A stretch of 64,000 nt of DNA, from positions 1,056,001 through 1,120,000 of the forward strand of contig CBDFJF010000002.1 of the NCBI GenBank assembly GCA_965248265.1, read 5' to 3'. The DNA comes from Candidatus Latescibacterota bacterium (GTDB lineage Bacteria > Latescibacterota > UBA2968 > UBA8231). Every line of letters starts with the position of its first letter. Positions within the stretch are counted from its first letter, which is position 1. Under the pieces are notes generated by a model that had not been told where the DNA came from, did not search any database, and saw only the letters and a list, made by a program, of their open reading frames with translations. Below, piece after piece: positions 27,896-39,904 of this stretch. A program made the translations under genes and the position numbers.

Positions 27896-28766
27896 TCGTC
27901 TGCTCAACATCCCGTTTGTAATCGTCTCCCATCACACTCATGGCGCGGTCGATTCCCGACCCCTTTGAGGCTTGGAGATCCAGATCGGTGACCGGTAGCA
28001 ACGAGGTGACGTTGGCGTTGCCGCGGAGGAACTTCTCCGCCAGGTTGACGCCGGCGCACCAGCCGTAGTGACCGTAGAGGCGCATGATGCGCTGGCGCGC
28101 GTATGCCGGTGTGTGTCCCTGCGACTCGTAGCTCATCTCGGCCTCGATGCGCTGCTCTTCCCAATCTGATATATCGACGTAGACGTCAACTTCGTCCGAG
28201 GGTTGGGACGGAGCGCAGTAATAGATGCGGGCCGGTTTGTGGGGAACCCGCTTCTGGCCTTGACGCGGATGGCCGGCGAGGACGAGGGCGTCATTGACGA
28301 TGGCAGCCGTCATGGTATGGTCGTCCTGGGCATTGGAGGTGCGGCTCTTTGTCTGCTTGGAGGGCACCTCCGTGATCAACACGTCCGGCTTGACCTCGCA
28401 GATGAGGTCGGCGACGTCCTCCATCAACTCATCGCCGGGTTTCAGGGGTTTGTCCGGGTAGCCCATGAAGCGCACTTCGTCGATGCCGAACAAGGCGCAG
28501 GCGCGTCTAGCCTCGTCGTACTTCTGCTCCGTGTACTCGTTGCGATCCTGCTCTGTCACGCCGGCATCGCGCTCTCCTTCACCCTTGCGCAACTCCTCGA
28601 AAAGCCTCTCGTTGTGCGTACCACCCCCATCGGTCAAAATAGCGACGGTGACGCTGTCGCCATTGTTGACGTGATTGCCCATCGTTCCCAGGGCGTGGGT
28701 AAGGTCATGAGGATGGGCAAAGAGTCCCAGCAGCTGCACCTTCGTCGTCGTCTGCAACCAATTCAT
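27879..28766 (-). CDS. PIG-L/LmbE-family deacetylase
   Basis: FAHPHD, LTDGG, EARRACALFG, KPDVLIT, DDH, YVDISD and YESQ. Confidence 0.8.
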   Translation of the reverse strand: MNWLQTTTKVQLLGLFAHPHDLTHALGTMGNHVNNGDSVTVAILTDGGGTHNERLFEELRKGEGERDAGVTEQDRNEYTEQKYDEARRACALFGIDEVRFMGYPDKPLKPGDELMEDVADLICEVKPDVLITEVPSKQTKSRTSNAQDDHTMTAAIVNDALVLAGHPRQGQKRVPHKPARIYYCAPSQPSDEVDVYVDISDWEEQRIEAEMSYESQGHTPAYARQRIMRLYGHYGWCAGVNLAEKFLRGNANVTSLLPVTDLDLQASKGSGIDRAMSVMGDDYKRDVEQTIRAKT

Positions 28767-28930
28767 AATCATCTCCTCGTTCGTGATCGATATCTGCGTC
28801 GGTGACCGGCAAACGTAGCGCAACGGGTCATCGTCCTCCAGCAGCCCTGACGCGTCGACGAGTGACCACGATTGGGTTATAATCGGCGGCGCAGAGGCAT
28901 TGGAAGCATTCAGCATACGGAGATGGCGAG

Positions 28931-29770
28931 ATGGCATCGAGATTGACTGCTGAGCGAGTACAGGAATACCGCGACCAGGGCTTCCTCATCGTCGATGAGC
29001 CCCTGTTCTCACCGGATAAATTCGCGGCCTTCAAACAGCGCTTCGAGATGCACCTGCAGGTGTGGGAAGAAGTCGTGGGCTCTCCCACTGAATCCATCGA
29101 TCGCGCCCACTTCGTCGACCCCGTGCTCAACGACTGGCTGCTGGCGGACGAAGTGCTCGACCTGGTCGAGCCGCTGATCGGTCCGGACATTGCCCTGTTC
29201 GCCAGCTCCTGCCTCAACAAGCTTTCGACCGTTGGCAAGAGGGTTCCATGGCACGAAGACGGCTCCTACTGGAAACCCCTGGCCTCAAACCGCATCGAGG
29301 TGGCCACGGTGTGGCTGGCGATCGATGCATCGACGACGGACAACGGCTGCATGCGGGTCATTCCCGGATCACACCTGCAGCGTGATCGCGAGCACGAGCG
29401 TGTCGACGACGTCAGCGAGGTCCTGCTCAAGAACGAGGTCAGAGAGGATCTGTTCGACGAATCTACGGCCGCGGACTGCGTTCTCGAGCCGAATCACTGC
29501 AGTCTTCACGATGCCTACCTGATTCACGGCTCGGGCGCCACCAAAAAAAGGGCGCGCCGTTGCGGTTACCAGATGCGCTACATGCCCACGACGGTCAAGT
29601 CATCGGATCACGATGGCCAACAGGTCTATCTCGCTCGCGGCGTCGATCACGCCGGCAACGACTATGCCGATCCGGGCGCTGTCAATGAGCGCCGGTTGAA
29701 GGACAATCCCAGGATGCAACAGATCGCCCGCATGTGTGCCGAATCGCAAGCCGGCCTAAGCCGTGGTTGA
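28931..29770 (+). CDS. PhyH-family Fe(II)/2-oxoglutarate dioxygenase
   Basis: PWHEDGSYW, WLAID..NGCMRVIPGSH, LIHGS and RR. Confidence 0.9.
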   Translation: MASRLTAERVQEYRDQGFLIVDEPLFSPDKFAAFKQRFEMHLQVWEEVVGSPTESIDRAHFVDPVLNDWLLADEVLDLVEPLIGPDIALFASSCLNKLSTVGKRVPWHEDGSYWKPLASNRIEVATVWLAIDASTTDNGCMRVIPGSHLQRDREHERVDDVSEVLLKNEVREDLFDESTAADCVLEPNHCSLHDAYLIHGSGATKKRARRCGYQMRYMPTTVKSSDHDGQQVYLARGVDHAGNDYADPGAVNERRLKDNPRMQQIARMCAESQAGLSRG

Positions 29771-29800
29771 GCGGGACTCTCTCGAAGAGGAGGGCGCAAC

Positions 29801-30760
29801 ATGGAGACAATACGAGTCGGTGTCATAGGTGCAGGCGGGAAGGCGCGCCAGCACATGGGATTCATGAGCGCGTTCGAGGAGGTCGAATTCGCCGCCCTCT
29901 GCGATCCGCTGGAAGAGGAACGCACCATTACCGGCGAGAAGTTCCAGATCGGTGCTCGATTCGCCGACATCGACGAAATGCTGGAATCGACAGAGCTCGA
30001 CGCCGCTGTGGTTTCGACGCCCCCGGAGCTCAATGCGCCGGCCGCCAGGACATGTCTGGAACGCGGCATCCACACTTTACTCGAAAAACCCCCGGGGATG
30101 ACGGTGGGAGAAACCCGGGAATTGCGGGACACGGCCGCGAGGACTGGCGCCCGGGGCATGGTCGGCTTCAACCGGCGCTTCCACGATCAGATCTGCAGGG
30201 CACGTGAGATGGTCACACAGCGCGGTCCGGTCGTCCAGCTCGTCGGTGAGTTCCACAAAAGCATCGACATGCTCGAGGGCCGTTATGGCAGCAGACCAGC
30301 GCTCATGGACAACTGGCTAGTCGCCAACGACATCCACGCCATCGACCTCGTCCGCTGCATCGCCGATGCCGAGGTGGAAGAGGTGCACAGCTTCGCGCGC
30401 CGGGCGTTCTCCAAATACTGCGACCTCCACGGCGCCCTCGTCGTCTTCTCAAACCAGTGCGTCGCTCACTTCATCTTCAACTACACCACCGACAGCCGCA
30501 TGGAACGCTACGAGATTCACGGGCGTGGTATTTCAGCTTACCTGGAGGGCGTCAAACAGGGCGTCGTCTTCTGCGACGGCGAGCGCCATGAGTTGCCAGA
30601 GCCTGACGACGGATTGGGAGGCACACGAGGCGAGGACCACCATTTCATCCGCTGCCTGCTGGAGGATCGCCCGATAGAAGCTCCTGCGCCGAACCTGGAC
30701 GAAGCCGTCAAGACCATGGAACTGGCCGAGGCCATTCGAGGTGGGCTGCGCGAGGAGTAG
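29801..30760 (+). CDS. Gfo/Idh/MocA oxidoreductase
   Basis: IRVGVIGAGG, LLEKPP, VGFNRRF and IHAID. Confidence 0.9.
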   Translation: METIRVGVIGAGGKARQHMGFMSAFEEVEFAALCDPLEEERTITGEKFQIGARFADIDEMLESTELDAAVVSTPPELNAPAARTCLERGIHTLLEKPPGMTVGETRELRDTAARTGARGMVGFNRRFHDQICRAREMVTQRGPVVQLVGEFHKSIDMLEGRYGSRPALMDNWLVANDIHAIDLVRCIADAEVEEVHSFARRAFSKYCDLHGALVVFSNQCVAHFIFNYTTDSRMERYEIHGRGISAYLEGVKQGVVFCDGERHELPEPDDGLGGTRGEDHHFIRCLLEDRPIEAPAPNLDEAVKTMELAEAIRGGLREE

Positions 30761-30769
30761 AGGGCCAGT

Positions 30770-32248
30770 CTACCGCAGCAGGGTCATGGTCCTGGTCTGG
30801 TCGAGTCCGGCCACTGACGCTTCGAGGCGATACACGTAGGTCCCGCTTGCCACGGGGACGCCGGCCTCATTCCTGCCGTCCCAGGACAGCAGGTAATAGC
30901 CGGCCGCCTGCTCGCCTTGCATCAACGTGCGTACGAGCTGACCCACGGTGTCGTACACCCGCACCGAGACGGGGCTGCTCTGCGGCAGGCTCACCTGGAT
31001 GTGGGTCGCCGGGTTGAACGGATTGGGGTAGTTCTGGCCAAGGGCGAATTGGGAGGGCAGGCGCTCGCCCGCTTCCTCTTCCTCGACCGCTGTCGCTGTC
31101 ACCGGCGGTGCCTCGATGATGCCCTCGCCCTCCCATCGGGGTGCTCCCTGCCAGTAGGTGTCCCAGGCGAACCACATGGAGTTGTACGCAGGTACCTGCT
31201 CCAGCCTCTGACCTTCGAGCTCACCACCCTCCATGGCGTGCCCCAGCATGTTCCACCTCATACCGGTCTCCACATCCTGGAATTCGACAGGCAGATCGCC
31301 TGTGGCCTCGACGGCGTAGAAGGTCAGCTCGCGTCCGCCGACGCGGCTGAAATACGGAATGGCGGTGTTGGAGTCCCTGTCGAAGGTGATGACGACCGGC
31401 TCGCCCCCAAGTTCGTCGTTGATGACCGCGCCGTCGGGCATGGCATCGAAGGAATAGGACTTGGCCTCCCCGTTCCGGCAGAGGCCGAGGACGACGTTTT
31501 TAAGGTGGACAGTGTCGAGATCCGGAGAATCCGTCGTCACCGGAAATATGAGGCGATTGCTGGTGCGGTAGTCATTGTAGGGGTATGTCTCGTAGCGGCT
31601 GATATTCGCGTAGCGTGCCTGCTTCCCTTCAGAGTAAGACTCCAATCCAGTCCCGGGTACGGCGACCTCCGTATCGGGGTACATCCGTTTCCACATACCC
31701 CAAGTCGTTTCCACCATGGTCAGCAGCTCCAATTCCGTTCCTTCACCGGGGCCGGAGAAGGCGGTGTAGATCATCTGTGGAATGAGGGTCTCGAAGTCGC
31801 GGCGATCGTACATGATCAGATTGCTGTTCATGAGCAGACCGGAAACGCCCAACTCGAACGGCTGGCCGTCTTCACCAGTGGCATTGAAATTCAGGGCCGT
31901 CCCCGTCAGCGGACAAAAGGTCACGGAAATGCCTTGACCACCGATCACGTCGTTGACGATCTCGTGGTGCCAGCCCAGCGCCTGCGTATACGCCTTGGCG
32001 ACACCGTGCATGTACACGCCCATGATGAGGTCGCTCTCGGCGACGAAGTCGGCGCGCTCGGCAGAAACGAAGTCCGGGTTGGTCATGGCCGGAATGCCGT
32101 CCACCCCCGGACCGCCATTGAAAACATGGTCGGTGGTGGCCAGCTCAGCGGGGTCGAACCCGGAAAAGTCCTGCCATTGCCCGGCCTGAGTGGCTGCACT
32201 CAGCAGTAGCACTGCGAGGCAGGAGCACATATATCTGGACGGTACCAT
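30770..32248 (-). CDS. Secreted DUF3179-domain protein with C-terminal FlgD-Ig/T9SS-like sorting domain
   Basis: Signal peptide, GGPGVDGIPA, HEIVND, VTFCPLTG, GVSGLL.NSNL.MYDR and WFAW. Tail LGQNYPNPFNP..WDGRNEAG..ASGTY..MTLLR. Confidence 0.85.
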   Translation of the reverse strand: MVPSRYMCSCLAVLLLSAATQAGQWQDFSGFDPAELATTDHVFNGGPGVDGIPAMTNPDFVSAERADFVAESDLIMGVYMHGVAKAYTQALGWHHEIVNDVIGGQGISVTFCPLTGTALNFNATGEDGQPFELGVSGLLMNSNLIMYDRRDFETLIPQMIYTAFSGPGEGTELELLTMVETTWGMWKRMYPDTEVAVPGTGLESYSEGKQARYANISRYETYPYNDYRTSNRLIFPVTTDSPDLDTVHLKNVVLGLCRNGEAKSYSFDAMPDGAVINDELGGEPVVITFDRDSNTAIPYFSRVGGRELTFYAVEATGDLPVEFQDVETGMRWNMLGHAMEGGELEGQRLEQVPAYNSMWFAWDTYWQGAPRWEGEGIIEAPPVTATAVEEEEAGERLPSQFALGQNYPNPFNPATHIQVSLPQSSPVSVRVYDTVGQLVRTLMQGEQAAGYYLLSWDGRNEAGVPVASGTYVYRLEASVAGLDQTRTMTLLR

Positions 32249-32384
32249 CGGTTTCCTCGTTTCGCGATCGGGATCGAGCTTTTCCATCAGTACAATAATA
32301 AAATGGTGTGAAACGCCGAAATGGTCCGTGAACTATGCACGAACACGTGCCGCGCGTGATCTCAGTCCAACTCCATCGCCAGCG

Positions 32385-33032
32385 TCAGATCAACATCGGC
32401 TGTACCAGCACCTCCTGTACTTCGATCTCCCCAGGCAACTCGGCCAGATGGACGATGGTGCGGGCGATGTGAGCCGTGTTCAGCGCCTTCGGATTGCCTC
32501 TTCCGGGGCCGAGAATTTCCGTGTCGATCGGTCCGGGGCAGTAGGTACAGACGCGCAGGCCGCTCTTGCGCAGTTCGTCGCTGACCGAACGACCCAGACC
32601 GAGCAAGGCGTGTTTGCTGGCCACGTAGGGTGCCATTCCGGGGATGCCTTTAATCGCGGCATCAGAGGCGATGTTGATGATCAGCCCACCGCCCCCGGTC
32701 TTCATGCGCCGCGCCGCTTCGCGCATCATCACGAACGCACCAACCAGGTTGACCTCGAGGATCTCTCTCAATTCATCTGTAGGTGTTTCGATCAGGGGAC
32801 GGGAACGGGCGATGCCGGCGTTGTTGACCACCACGTCGAGGTTCTCGAGCGATTCCACAAAGGAGATGACGGCCGGTTCGTCGGTCACGTCGAGCTGAAC
32901 GGTTTGCACGCCCTCGATTTCGCAGGGCGACCGGGCGACTCCGATGGTTTCGAATTCGTGGGCCGCAAAAGCCGTGGCGATGGCGTGACCGAGACCGCGG
33001 CTCACGCCCGTAATCAGGACCGTCTTCATCAT
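32385..33032 (-). CDS. Short-chain dehydrogenase/reductase
   Basis: TGVSRGLG, NNAG, YVASK and CPGPIDT. Confidence 0.9.
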   Translation of the reverse strand: MMKTVLITGVSRGLGHAIATAFAAHEFETIGVARSPCEIEGVQTVQLDVTDEPAVISFVESLENLDVVVNNAGIARSRPLIETPTDELREILEVNLVGAFVMMREAARRMKTGGGGLIINIASDAAIKGIPGMAPYVASKHALLGLGRSVSDELRKSGLRVCTYCPGPIDTEILGPGRGNPKALNTAHIARTIVHLAELPGEIEVQEVLVQPMLI

Positions 33033-33036
33033 CTAA

Positions 33037-33774
33037 CTATACATCCTCCCAGTTGTGCTGGGGGCGGTACCCCAGGGTCTTTGCTGTTTCCTGCCAGTCG
33101 AACTTCGCGCGTGGGTGCCCGGCGACGACGTTGAAGGCCCCGGACCGCACCGTTTGTGAATCGATCGCCTGTTCCACCGCCTGGGCGACGTCCTCGGGGT
33201 GAACATAAGTGAACCAGTGCCCACCAGGATCTTCTCCGAGGTTTTTGGGATCAGGATTGGCGCCATCCCCGGCGATGACGCCGGGCCGCAGGTTTATGAC
33301 CGCCAGGTCGTTCGCCTGGTGATAGGCCCGACCGATCTCCTCGCCCAGGTGTTTGGACAGGGTGTAAAACAGGTCACGGGTGCGAAAGCGAGCCGGATCG
33401 CCGACGCGGTAGGCGCGTTCCGTTTCCTGCGGGCTGCCGATGGCGACGACGCTGGAAATGTTGATGAGCTTGTCCACGTCTTGCTGAACGCAAGCTTCGG
33501 CGACGTTCCAGGTTCCCTTCACCATCACGTCGGCAAACAGATCGTGCGGTTTGTCGAACCGCTCCCGGACCAGGGCTACCAGGTGGACGACGACATCCTG
33601 TCCGCTACAGGCTGCTTTGACGTCGTCGAAGTCGGTGATGTTGCCCTGAATGAAGTCTCCTTCGGCTTCCACTTCGGCCCGATCAAACAAGGTCAGCGAG
33701 TGATGGGGGGAGTGCAGCCGCTTGATTACGAAGCCGGCAAGGTATCCGGCCGCGCCGGTGATCAGGATCTTCAT
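33037..33774 (-). CDS. NAD-dependent epimerase/dehydratase (uronate dehydrogenase-like extended SDR)
   Basis: TGAAGYLA, ISS, YTLSK and VHPEDVAQA. Confidence 0.85.
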   Translation of the reverse strand: MKILITGAAGYLAGFVIKRLHSPHHSLTLFDRAEVEAEGDFIQGNITDFDDVKAACSGQDVVVHLVALVRERFDKPHDLFADVMVKGTWNVAEACVQQDVDKLINISSVVAIGSPQETERAYRVGDPARFRTRDLFYTLSKHLGEEIGRAYHQANDLAVINLRPGVIAGDGANPDPKNLGEDPGGHWFTYVHPEDVAQAVEQAIDSQTVRSGAFNVVAGHPRAKFDWQETAKTLGYRPQHNWEDV

Positions 33775-34229
33775 GTTCGCTCTCTCATTTAATTTAACCC
33801 TCCTCCTCTTCTGAGCAGCGACTCAGGAAGAGCAGGGACAAGACCAACAGAAACGCCGAAACCCAGAAGACATGGACATATCCAAAGGTCTGGACGGCAA
33901 AACCGAAACCCAGAGGCAACAGGATGGCGTACGGGGTAAACACCAGGCTGGTGAGCGTCGTGTAACCGACGCGCCGGTGGCTGGGATAGATGCGCATGGC
34001 GAAGGCCGTCCCCGTGGCCACCGTGGACGAACCCGCCAAGGCGTCGATGAAGATGATGAGGATAAACCATTTTGCTGACGGGGCGATTGAGGCACCGAAG
34101 GCGGACAGGGCGTACAGGATGACCCCTATGGCGAGGACTTTCTTGAGCCCGATCTTTGTGGCCAGCAGGGGGAAACCAACATAGCCTGAAATGGCGGCGT
34201 GAATCGCCCCGGGTTTTTCGGAGACTCGG

Positions 34230-35461
<1,232 letters not shown>

Positions 35462-36487
35462 GACTCCAATCCTCTCAAGAAATGGAGCCTCCGGCAACCC
35501 CGGGGCGATTCAGCGATCTGTCGTGCCCGACTGCGAGAGCAGGGTCCATGCCGTGATACTTTACCGCCACCATGGCATAGAAAACCCCCGCATAGACCCC
35601 CACCTTTCTCACGCACTCGTACAGAATGTAGGCGCGGTACCGTCCATCATTCTTGAGCACCCTCAAGAGATCGCGGAAATATTCCAGAAAAGACTGACGG
35701 CTCTTAGGAACTCCGTCATGGGGCATTTCATCCACCAGGTGGAGAGCGAACCAGGACAGCGCCAGAAGCAGGATGCTGATCAGGTACACGGAGGCATAGT
35801 TGAGTGGAAAGGCGATTTGGGCCAGGAGCACTCCGACCACGGCCGCCAGCGCCAACCCCATTCCGGCAGAGGCCGCGTGGCTGAAACCGAAAATCTGGCT
35901 GATGAGATTTTTCGGAACCGTCTCCGCGATCAGATCGAACTCGGGGGCCATCATCAAGGTGATGGCGATGGAGCCGAAAAAACTCACGGCCGCGATGACG
36001 ACAAGAGCTGTTGCCGGGCTTTCATGTCCGAAAAGAGCCAGGCTCGCGCAGACGAGCAGCAACGGTAGCCATTTGCACAGATCCAGATAGAGCAGCAGCC
36101 GTTTCTTCCGCCGCACCGTCTCGACCCTGTGTGCCGAGAATAGCTGCGCCAACTGGGCCAATCCCGGGACCATTGCGAGGATCCCCAGTACGGCAGGTTC
36201 GAATCCCAGGACCGTCACCAGCACGGCCAAAAAGTCGGTTCCAGTGATCACCCCGTAACCAGCGCCGCTAAAGCCGCTTCTGGTGATGTGACACCAGAAG
36301 TTGGCCCGGACAGGGTCGAGGCGCCGGTTGAGGTATTGTCGAATTTTCCCGGTCATGGAATTCGAATATAGAGTGGTGGCACCCACCGCGGAGCTGTGAA
36401 AGCACACGCCAACAAGGGCAGCGATCGAACAGTTGGCCTTGACGGGCAACGGCCTGTTAGCCTACTTGATTCCGCCCACTGCGTCTC

Positions 36488-36557
36488 GCGAACCGCGTCC
36501 CGAGATGCGAACCGCGTCCCGAGATGCGAACCGCGTCCCGAGATGCGAACCGCGTCC
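36488..36557 (+). repeat. 19-bp tandem repeat GCGAACCGCGTCCCGAGAT, three full copies plus one partial
   Basis: Units at 36488, 36507, 36526 and a partial unit at 36545, with no spacers. Confidence 0.9.
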
Positions 36558-36604
36558 TGCCCTCTGGACGCGGACCTGATCGATGATCACGCCGGAGAGC
36601 ACCA

Positions 36605-38152
36605 ATGATTCACGTTGACAGTGGCAGCCCCACCTTCTCCACGGACGAAGCCGTCCTCTTTCCCTTCGACGACTACAGCATCCCTTTTCGCAAGGACGTG
36701 CTGATGACGCTGGTGCCCGGCAGCAGGAAACCCGGCGATTACCGCGAGAACGCCAGCTACGAACCGAATCATCCAGGCGTACCAGTAATCGAGAACGGCC
36801 CGCCCGGTACGTGCGACTCGATGGAGATCGTCTTTCCGTCGATCGCCCGCGTCGGCGATGAGCTGCGCATCTGGTACATGGCGCGCGGCAGTTCGGACGC
36901 GGATGCCGGGGACAACGAATGGGGCGGTGGAGGGGCGATCGACCAGCACCGGCGCTACGCCTACGCCACCAGCAAGGACGGCGTCGAGTGGGAGAAACCC
37001 GATCTCGGCCTGGTTGAGTACAATGGCAACAAGCACAACAACCTCGTCGACGTCGATGGCGGCAACGCCTGGAGTGTCGCCTATGATCCCGATGATGAGG
37101 ATCCGAAAAAGCGCTTCAAGATGATCAGCATGGGCGACGCGATGCGGCTGCGCGTCCATTACAGCGCCGATGGTTTCACCTGGACGAACGGTCGCATCGT
37201 CGGCCACGGTATCGAACCGGCCGGTCCTCCGTTCAAGTTCAACGGCTGCTGGTACGTCAACGGCCAGGGCGGGCCCGGTCCATGGAACAAGACGATCCCC
37301 CATCCCGTCGACGGGGCTTCGAAACGGGAAATGCTGACCTGGGCGAGTTACGACTTCGAAACCTGGACCCACGCAGCGGTGCCCAGCTTTCGCCGCGATC
37401 CGCAACCGCCGCGGCCGATACTGGATTTCGAGTGGCATCGCGGCGAGCAGGTGCACCAGGGCGCCCATCTGTGGGATCGGGGGAATGTCATCGTCGCCTT
37501 TTATGGTATGTACCACAACGACACCAATGACCGGTTGTTCGCCACCATGGACCTGGGGCTGCTGGTCAGTCACGATGCCATGCACTTCCGCGAGCCGGTG
37601 CCGGACTTCAAGATCGTGCCCTGTTTCGAGGAGCGTGCGCTGCTGAACCCGGCCTTCGGGGACGGCCCAAAACTACTGCAAGCCGGCTACGCCAACATCG
37701 GCGAGCGCACCCTGCATTTTTATTCGACCTGGGAGTACCCGATGCGTGGCATGGTGCGCATCGCGACCTGGCCCATCGACCGGCTCGGTTTCTTCTCGGC
37801 CGTGTCCAAACCGGTCTTTCAGGGCGAGGGCTACCGGGATGTAGCGGTGGAGCCCCATGTGATCTCCTGTCCGCTGCGTCCCGACAAAGCGGATGCGTGC
37901 ATCTGGTTGAACGTCGACCGCCTCGGAGAGTACTGCCAGCTCCGGGTTGAGCTGCTCGATCTGGGATTTAACCCGATCCCCGGGTACTCAGGGGGTGATT
38001 GCATGGCGGTCGCTAAATCCGGGTTTCGACAGCGGGTTGCGTGGAAGCAGGGCGAGACCATTGGCCACTTCGATCACCCTGTGCGGCTGCGGGTCAACTG
38101 GGAAGGAATCCGGCCGGAGGATGCGCAGTTGTACGCGGCCTATATCGCCTAG
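36605..38152 (+). CDS. Uncharacterised beta-propeller (GH32/GH43-like) protein, paralog 2
   Basis: YATSKDGVEWEKPDLGLVEYNGNKHNN, DPKKRFK, SADGFTW and C-terminal PVRLR..LYAAY. Confidence 0.75.
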   Translation: MIHVDSGSPTFSTDEAVLFPFDDYSIPFRKDVLMTLVPGSRKPGDYRENASYEPNHPGVPVIENGPPGTCDSMEIVFPSIARVGDELRIWYMARGSSDADAGDNEWGGGGAIDQHRRYAYATSKDGVEWEKPDLGLVEYNGNKHNNLVDVDGGNAWSVAYDPDDEDPKKRFKMISMGDAMRLRVHYSADGFTWTNGRIVGHGIEPAGPPFKFNGCWYVNGQGGPGPWNKTIPHPVDGASKREMLTWASYDFETWTHAAVPSFRRDPQPPRPILDFEWHRGEQVHQGAHLWDRGNVIVAFYGMYHNDTNDRLFATMDLGLLVSHDAMHFREPVPDFKIVPCFEERALLNPAFGDGPKLLQAGYANIGERTLHFYSTWEYPMRGMVRIATWPIDRLGFFSAVSKPVFQGEGYRDVAVEPHVISCPLRPDKADACIWLNVDRLGEYCQLRVELLDLGFNPIPGYSGGDCMAVAKSGFRQRVAWKQGETIGHFDHPVRLRVNWEGIRPEDAQLYAAYIA

Positions 38153-38155
38153 CCC

Positions 38156-38893
38156 ATGCATCCCTTGCCCGCCGAGCACGAACTGGATGCCCACCTGCTG
38201 CGAATGCAGCTGCAGGGTTACACCCTGGTCCCCAGGGCTCTGGCGCCGGATCAACTCGCCCCCATTAGGGCCTGCTTCGACGAGCTGGTCGAACACCATC
38301 CGGACATCCCGACCGCAGTCTGCGACGAAGCCACCGGCATCGTCGACCTCAACCGCCTGTACGAACTCGATCCCGTCTTCGAGTGCCTGATGGACCTGCC
38401 CGCCGTTTTCTCGATCGCCCGTGCCGTCATGGACGATGATATCACCTTGCTAGGCGGCTCCATCGGACAGTACGTACCCGCGAACACTCCCTCTCCCATG
38501 CACTGGCACGGAGACGGTGAGTACCTGCGGTTCACCTATATACTTGACGACCTGGAGGAAAACGGCGGCGGCACTGCCCTGATCCCGGGGTCGCACCGCG
38601 TCGAGGGCCGCATCCCGGAGTGGTTCCACGCCCCGGGCGAGGAACCACGTGAAATACCCGGCATGGTGTGCCTGGTCGCCCCGGCGGGATCATGTATGAT
38701 CAACCATACCAGACTGTGGCACACCCGGTCCTCGAACCAGTCCGATCGCCCGCGCCGCACCATCTGGCAGGTCTTCAAACGCGCCGACCAGGCCTCAACC
38801 CAGAACGAGGCCCTGCGTCTCACCGAAGAGTACACGAAGTTGCAGACCGACCCCGGGCGCCGCGCTTTGATGGGGCTGGAGCCATTACCCTAG
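38156..38893 (+). CDS. PhyH-family Fe(II)/2OG dioxygenase
   Basis: HWHGD, NGGTALIPGSH, LWHT and PRR. Confidence 0.85.
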   Translation: MHPLPAEHELDAHLLRMQLQGYTLVPRALAPDQLAPIRACFDELVEHHPDIPTAVCDEATGIVDLNRLYELDPVFECLMDLPAVFSIARAVMDDDITLLGGSIGQYVPANTPSPMHWHGDGEYLRFTYILDDLEENGGGTALIPGSHRVEGRIPEWFHAPGEEPREIPGMVCLVAPAGSCMINHTRLWHTRSSNQSDRPRRTIWQVFKRADQASTQNEALRLTEEYTKLQTDPGRRALMGLEPLP

Positions 38894-38914
38894 TTCGCCG
38901 CCGTTGGCGAAGCT

Positions 38915-39904
38915 TCACCGCATGCGGGATTCAGCCACCCACATGTCAGCGTTGTCACCGATCGCCTCTTTGATCGGCTGGGTCAGGCGCTCCAGGTTGG
39001 CGGTGGTCTCAGCGCCCAGGTCCTGCGACAGCGAGGGAAGGTTGCCCTCGAGTTCCTCCGGAGTCCGTGCCCCGACCAGAAACGATGTCACTCCTGCCTG
39101 CTGTCTCACCCAGGCAAGGGCAACGCTTCCCATCGGCGCGCCAATCTGCTCGCTCACTTCGCGAATGCCGGTGAGGGCGTGGAAGACGGCTTCTTCGCAC
39201 CCGGACTCTCCGTGGTTCACCAACGGACGCGTAGTCGAATAAAACCGAGTCCGCGCCAACCCTTCCGGCACCTCGTCGGCCGTGGCATATCGTCCCGTCA
39301 GCAGCCCCTGTGCCAGAGGGCTGTAGCAGATCAGCCCGATCTCCAGATCACGACAACGGGTCAGGATATCATACTCGATCGCCCGCCAGAGCAGGCTGTA
39401 GGGTAACTGGTTCGTCTGCACACGGCCCATCTTCAGATCGACCAGTTCGGCCAGATCATCGGAGCCGAAGTTGGAAACACCGAGGGCGCGCACCTTACCG
39501 TCCCTGACAAGATCTTCGAGTGCGCGCCACGAGGTCTCGATCGGGATTTTGTGATTCGGCCAATGGATCTGGTACAGGTCGATGTAGTCGGTCCGCAGAT
39601 TCTTGAGGCTGGTCTCGCAGGAGGCGACGAGTCCGTCGGCCGTCAAGTCGCTCACCTTGGTAGCGATGATGGCCTGGTGACGCTTGCCTTCCAGGGCGCG
39701 TCCGAGAACCCGTTCGGAAGCACCCTCTTCGTAGCCTGGAGCCGTATCGAAGAAGTTGATGCCATGGTTCAGTGCCGTCTGCACCGTGGCAATGGACTGG
39801 ACATCGTCCTGATCACCCCAGAATCCGCCACCGGCGAACGGCCAGCAACCCAAAGCCATCACCGAGACGTCGATATCGGTGCTTCCCAGTTTTCTGTACT
39901 CCAT
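38915..39904 (-). CDS. Aldo/keto reductase
   Basis: FDTAPGY, IATK, DLYQIHWP, GVSNF and YSPLAQGLLTG. Confidence 0.9.
   Translation of the reverse strand: MEYRKLGSTDIDVSVMALGCWPFAGGGFWGDQDDVQSIATVQTALNHGINFFDTAPGYEEGASERVLGRALEGKRHQAIIATKVSDLTADGLVASCETSLKNLRTDYIDLYQIHWPNHKIPIETSWRALEDLVRDGKVRALGVSNFGSDDLAELVDLKMGRVQTNQLPYSLLWRAIEYDILTRCRDLEIGLICYSPLAQGLLTGRYATADEVPEGLARTRFYSTTRPLVNHGESGCEEAVFHALTGIREVSEQIGAPMGSVALAWVRQQAGVTSFLVGARTPEELEGNLPSLSQDLGAETTANLERLTQPIKEAIGDNADMWVAESRMR

Noticed and set aside
30770-32248. DUF3179 selenoprotein
   Set aside because: No in-frame TGA; the motif reads CPLT.
36488-36557. Possible mini CRISPR array
   Set aside because: The units are contiguous 19-mers with no spacers, and no cas genes are seen.
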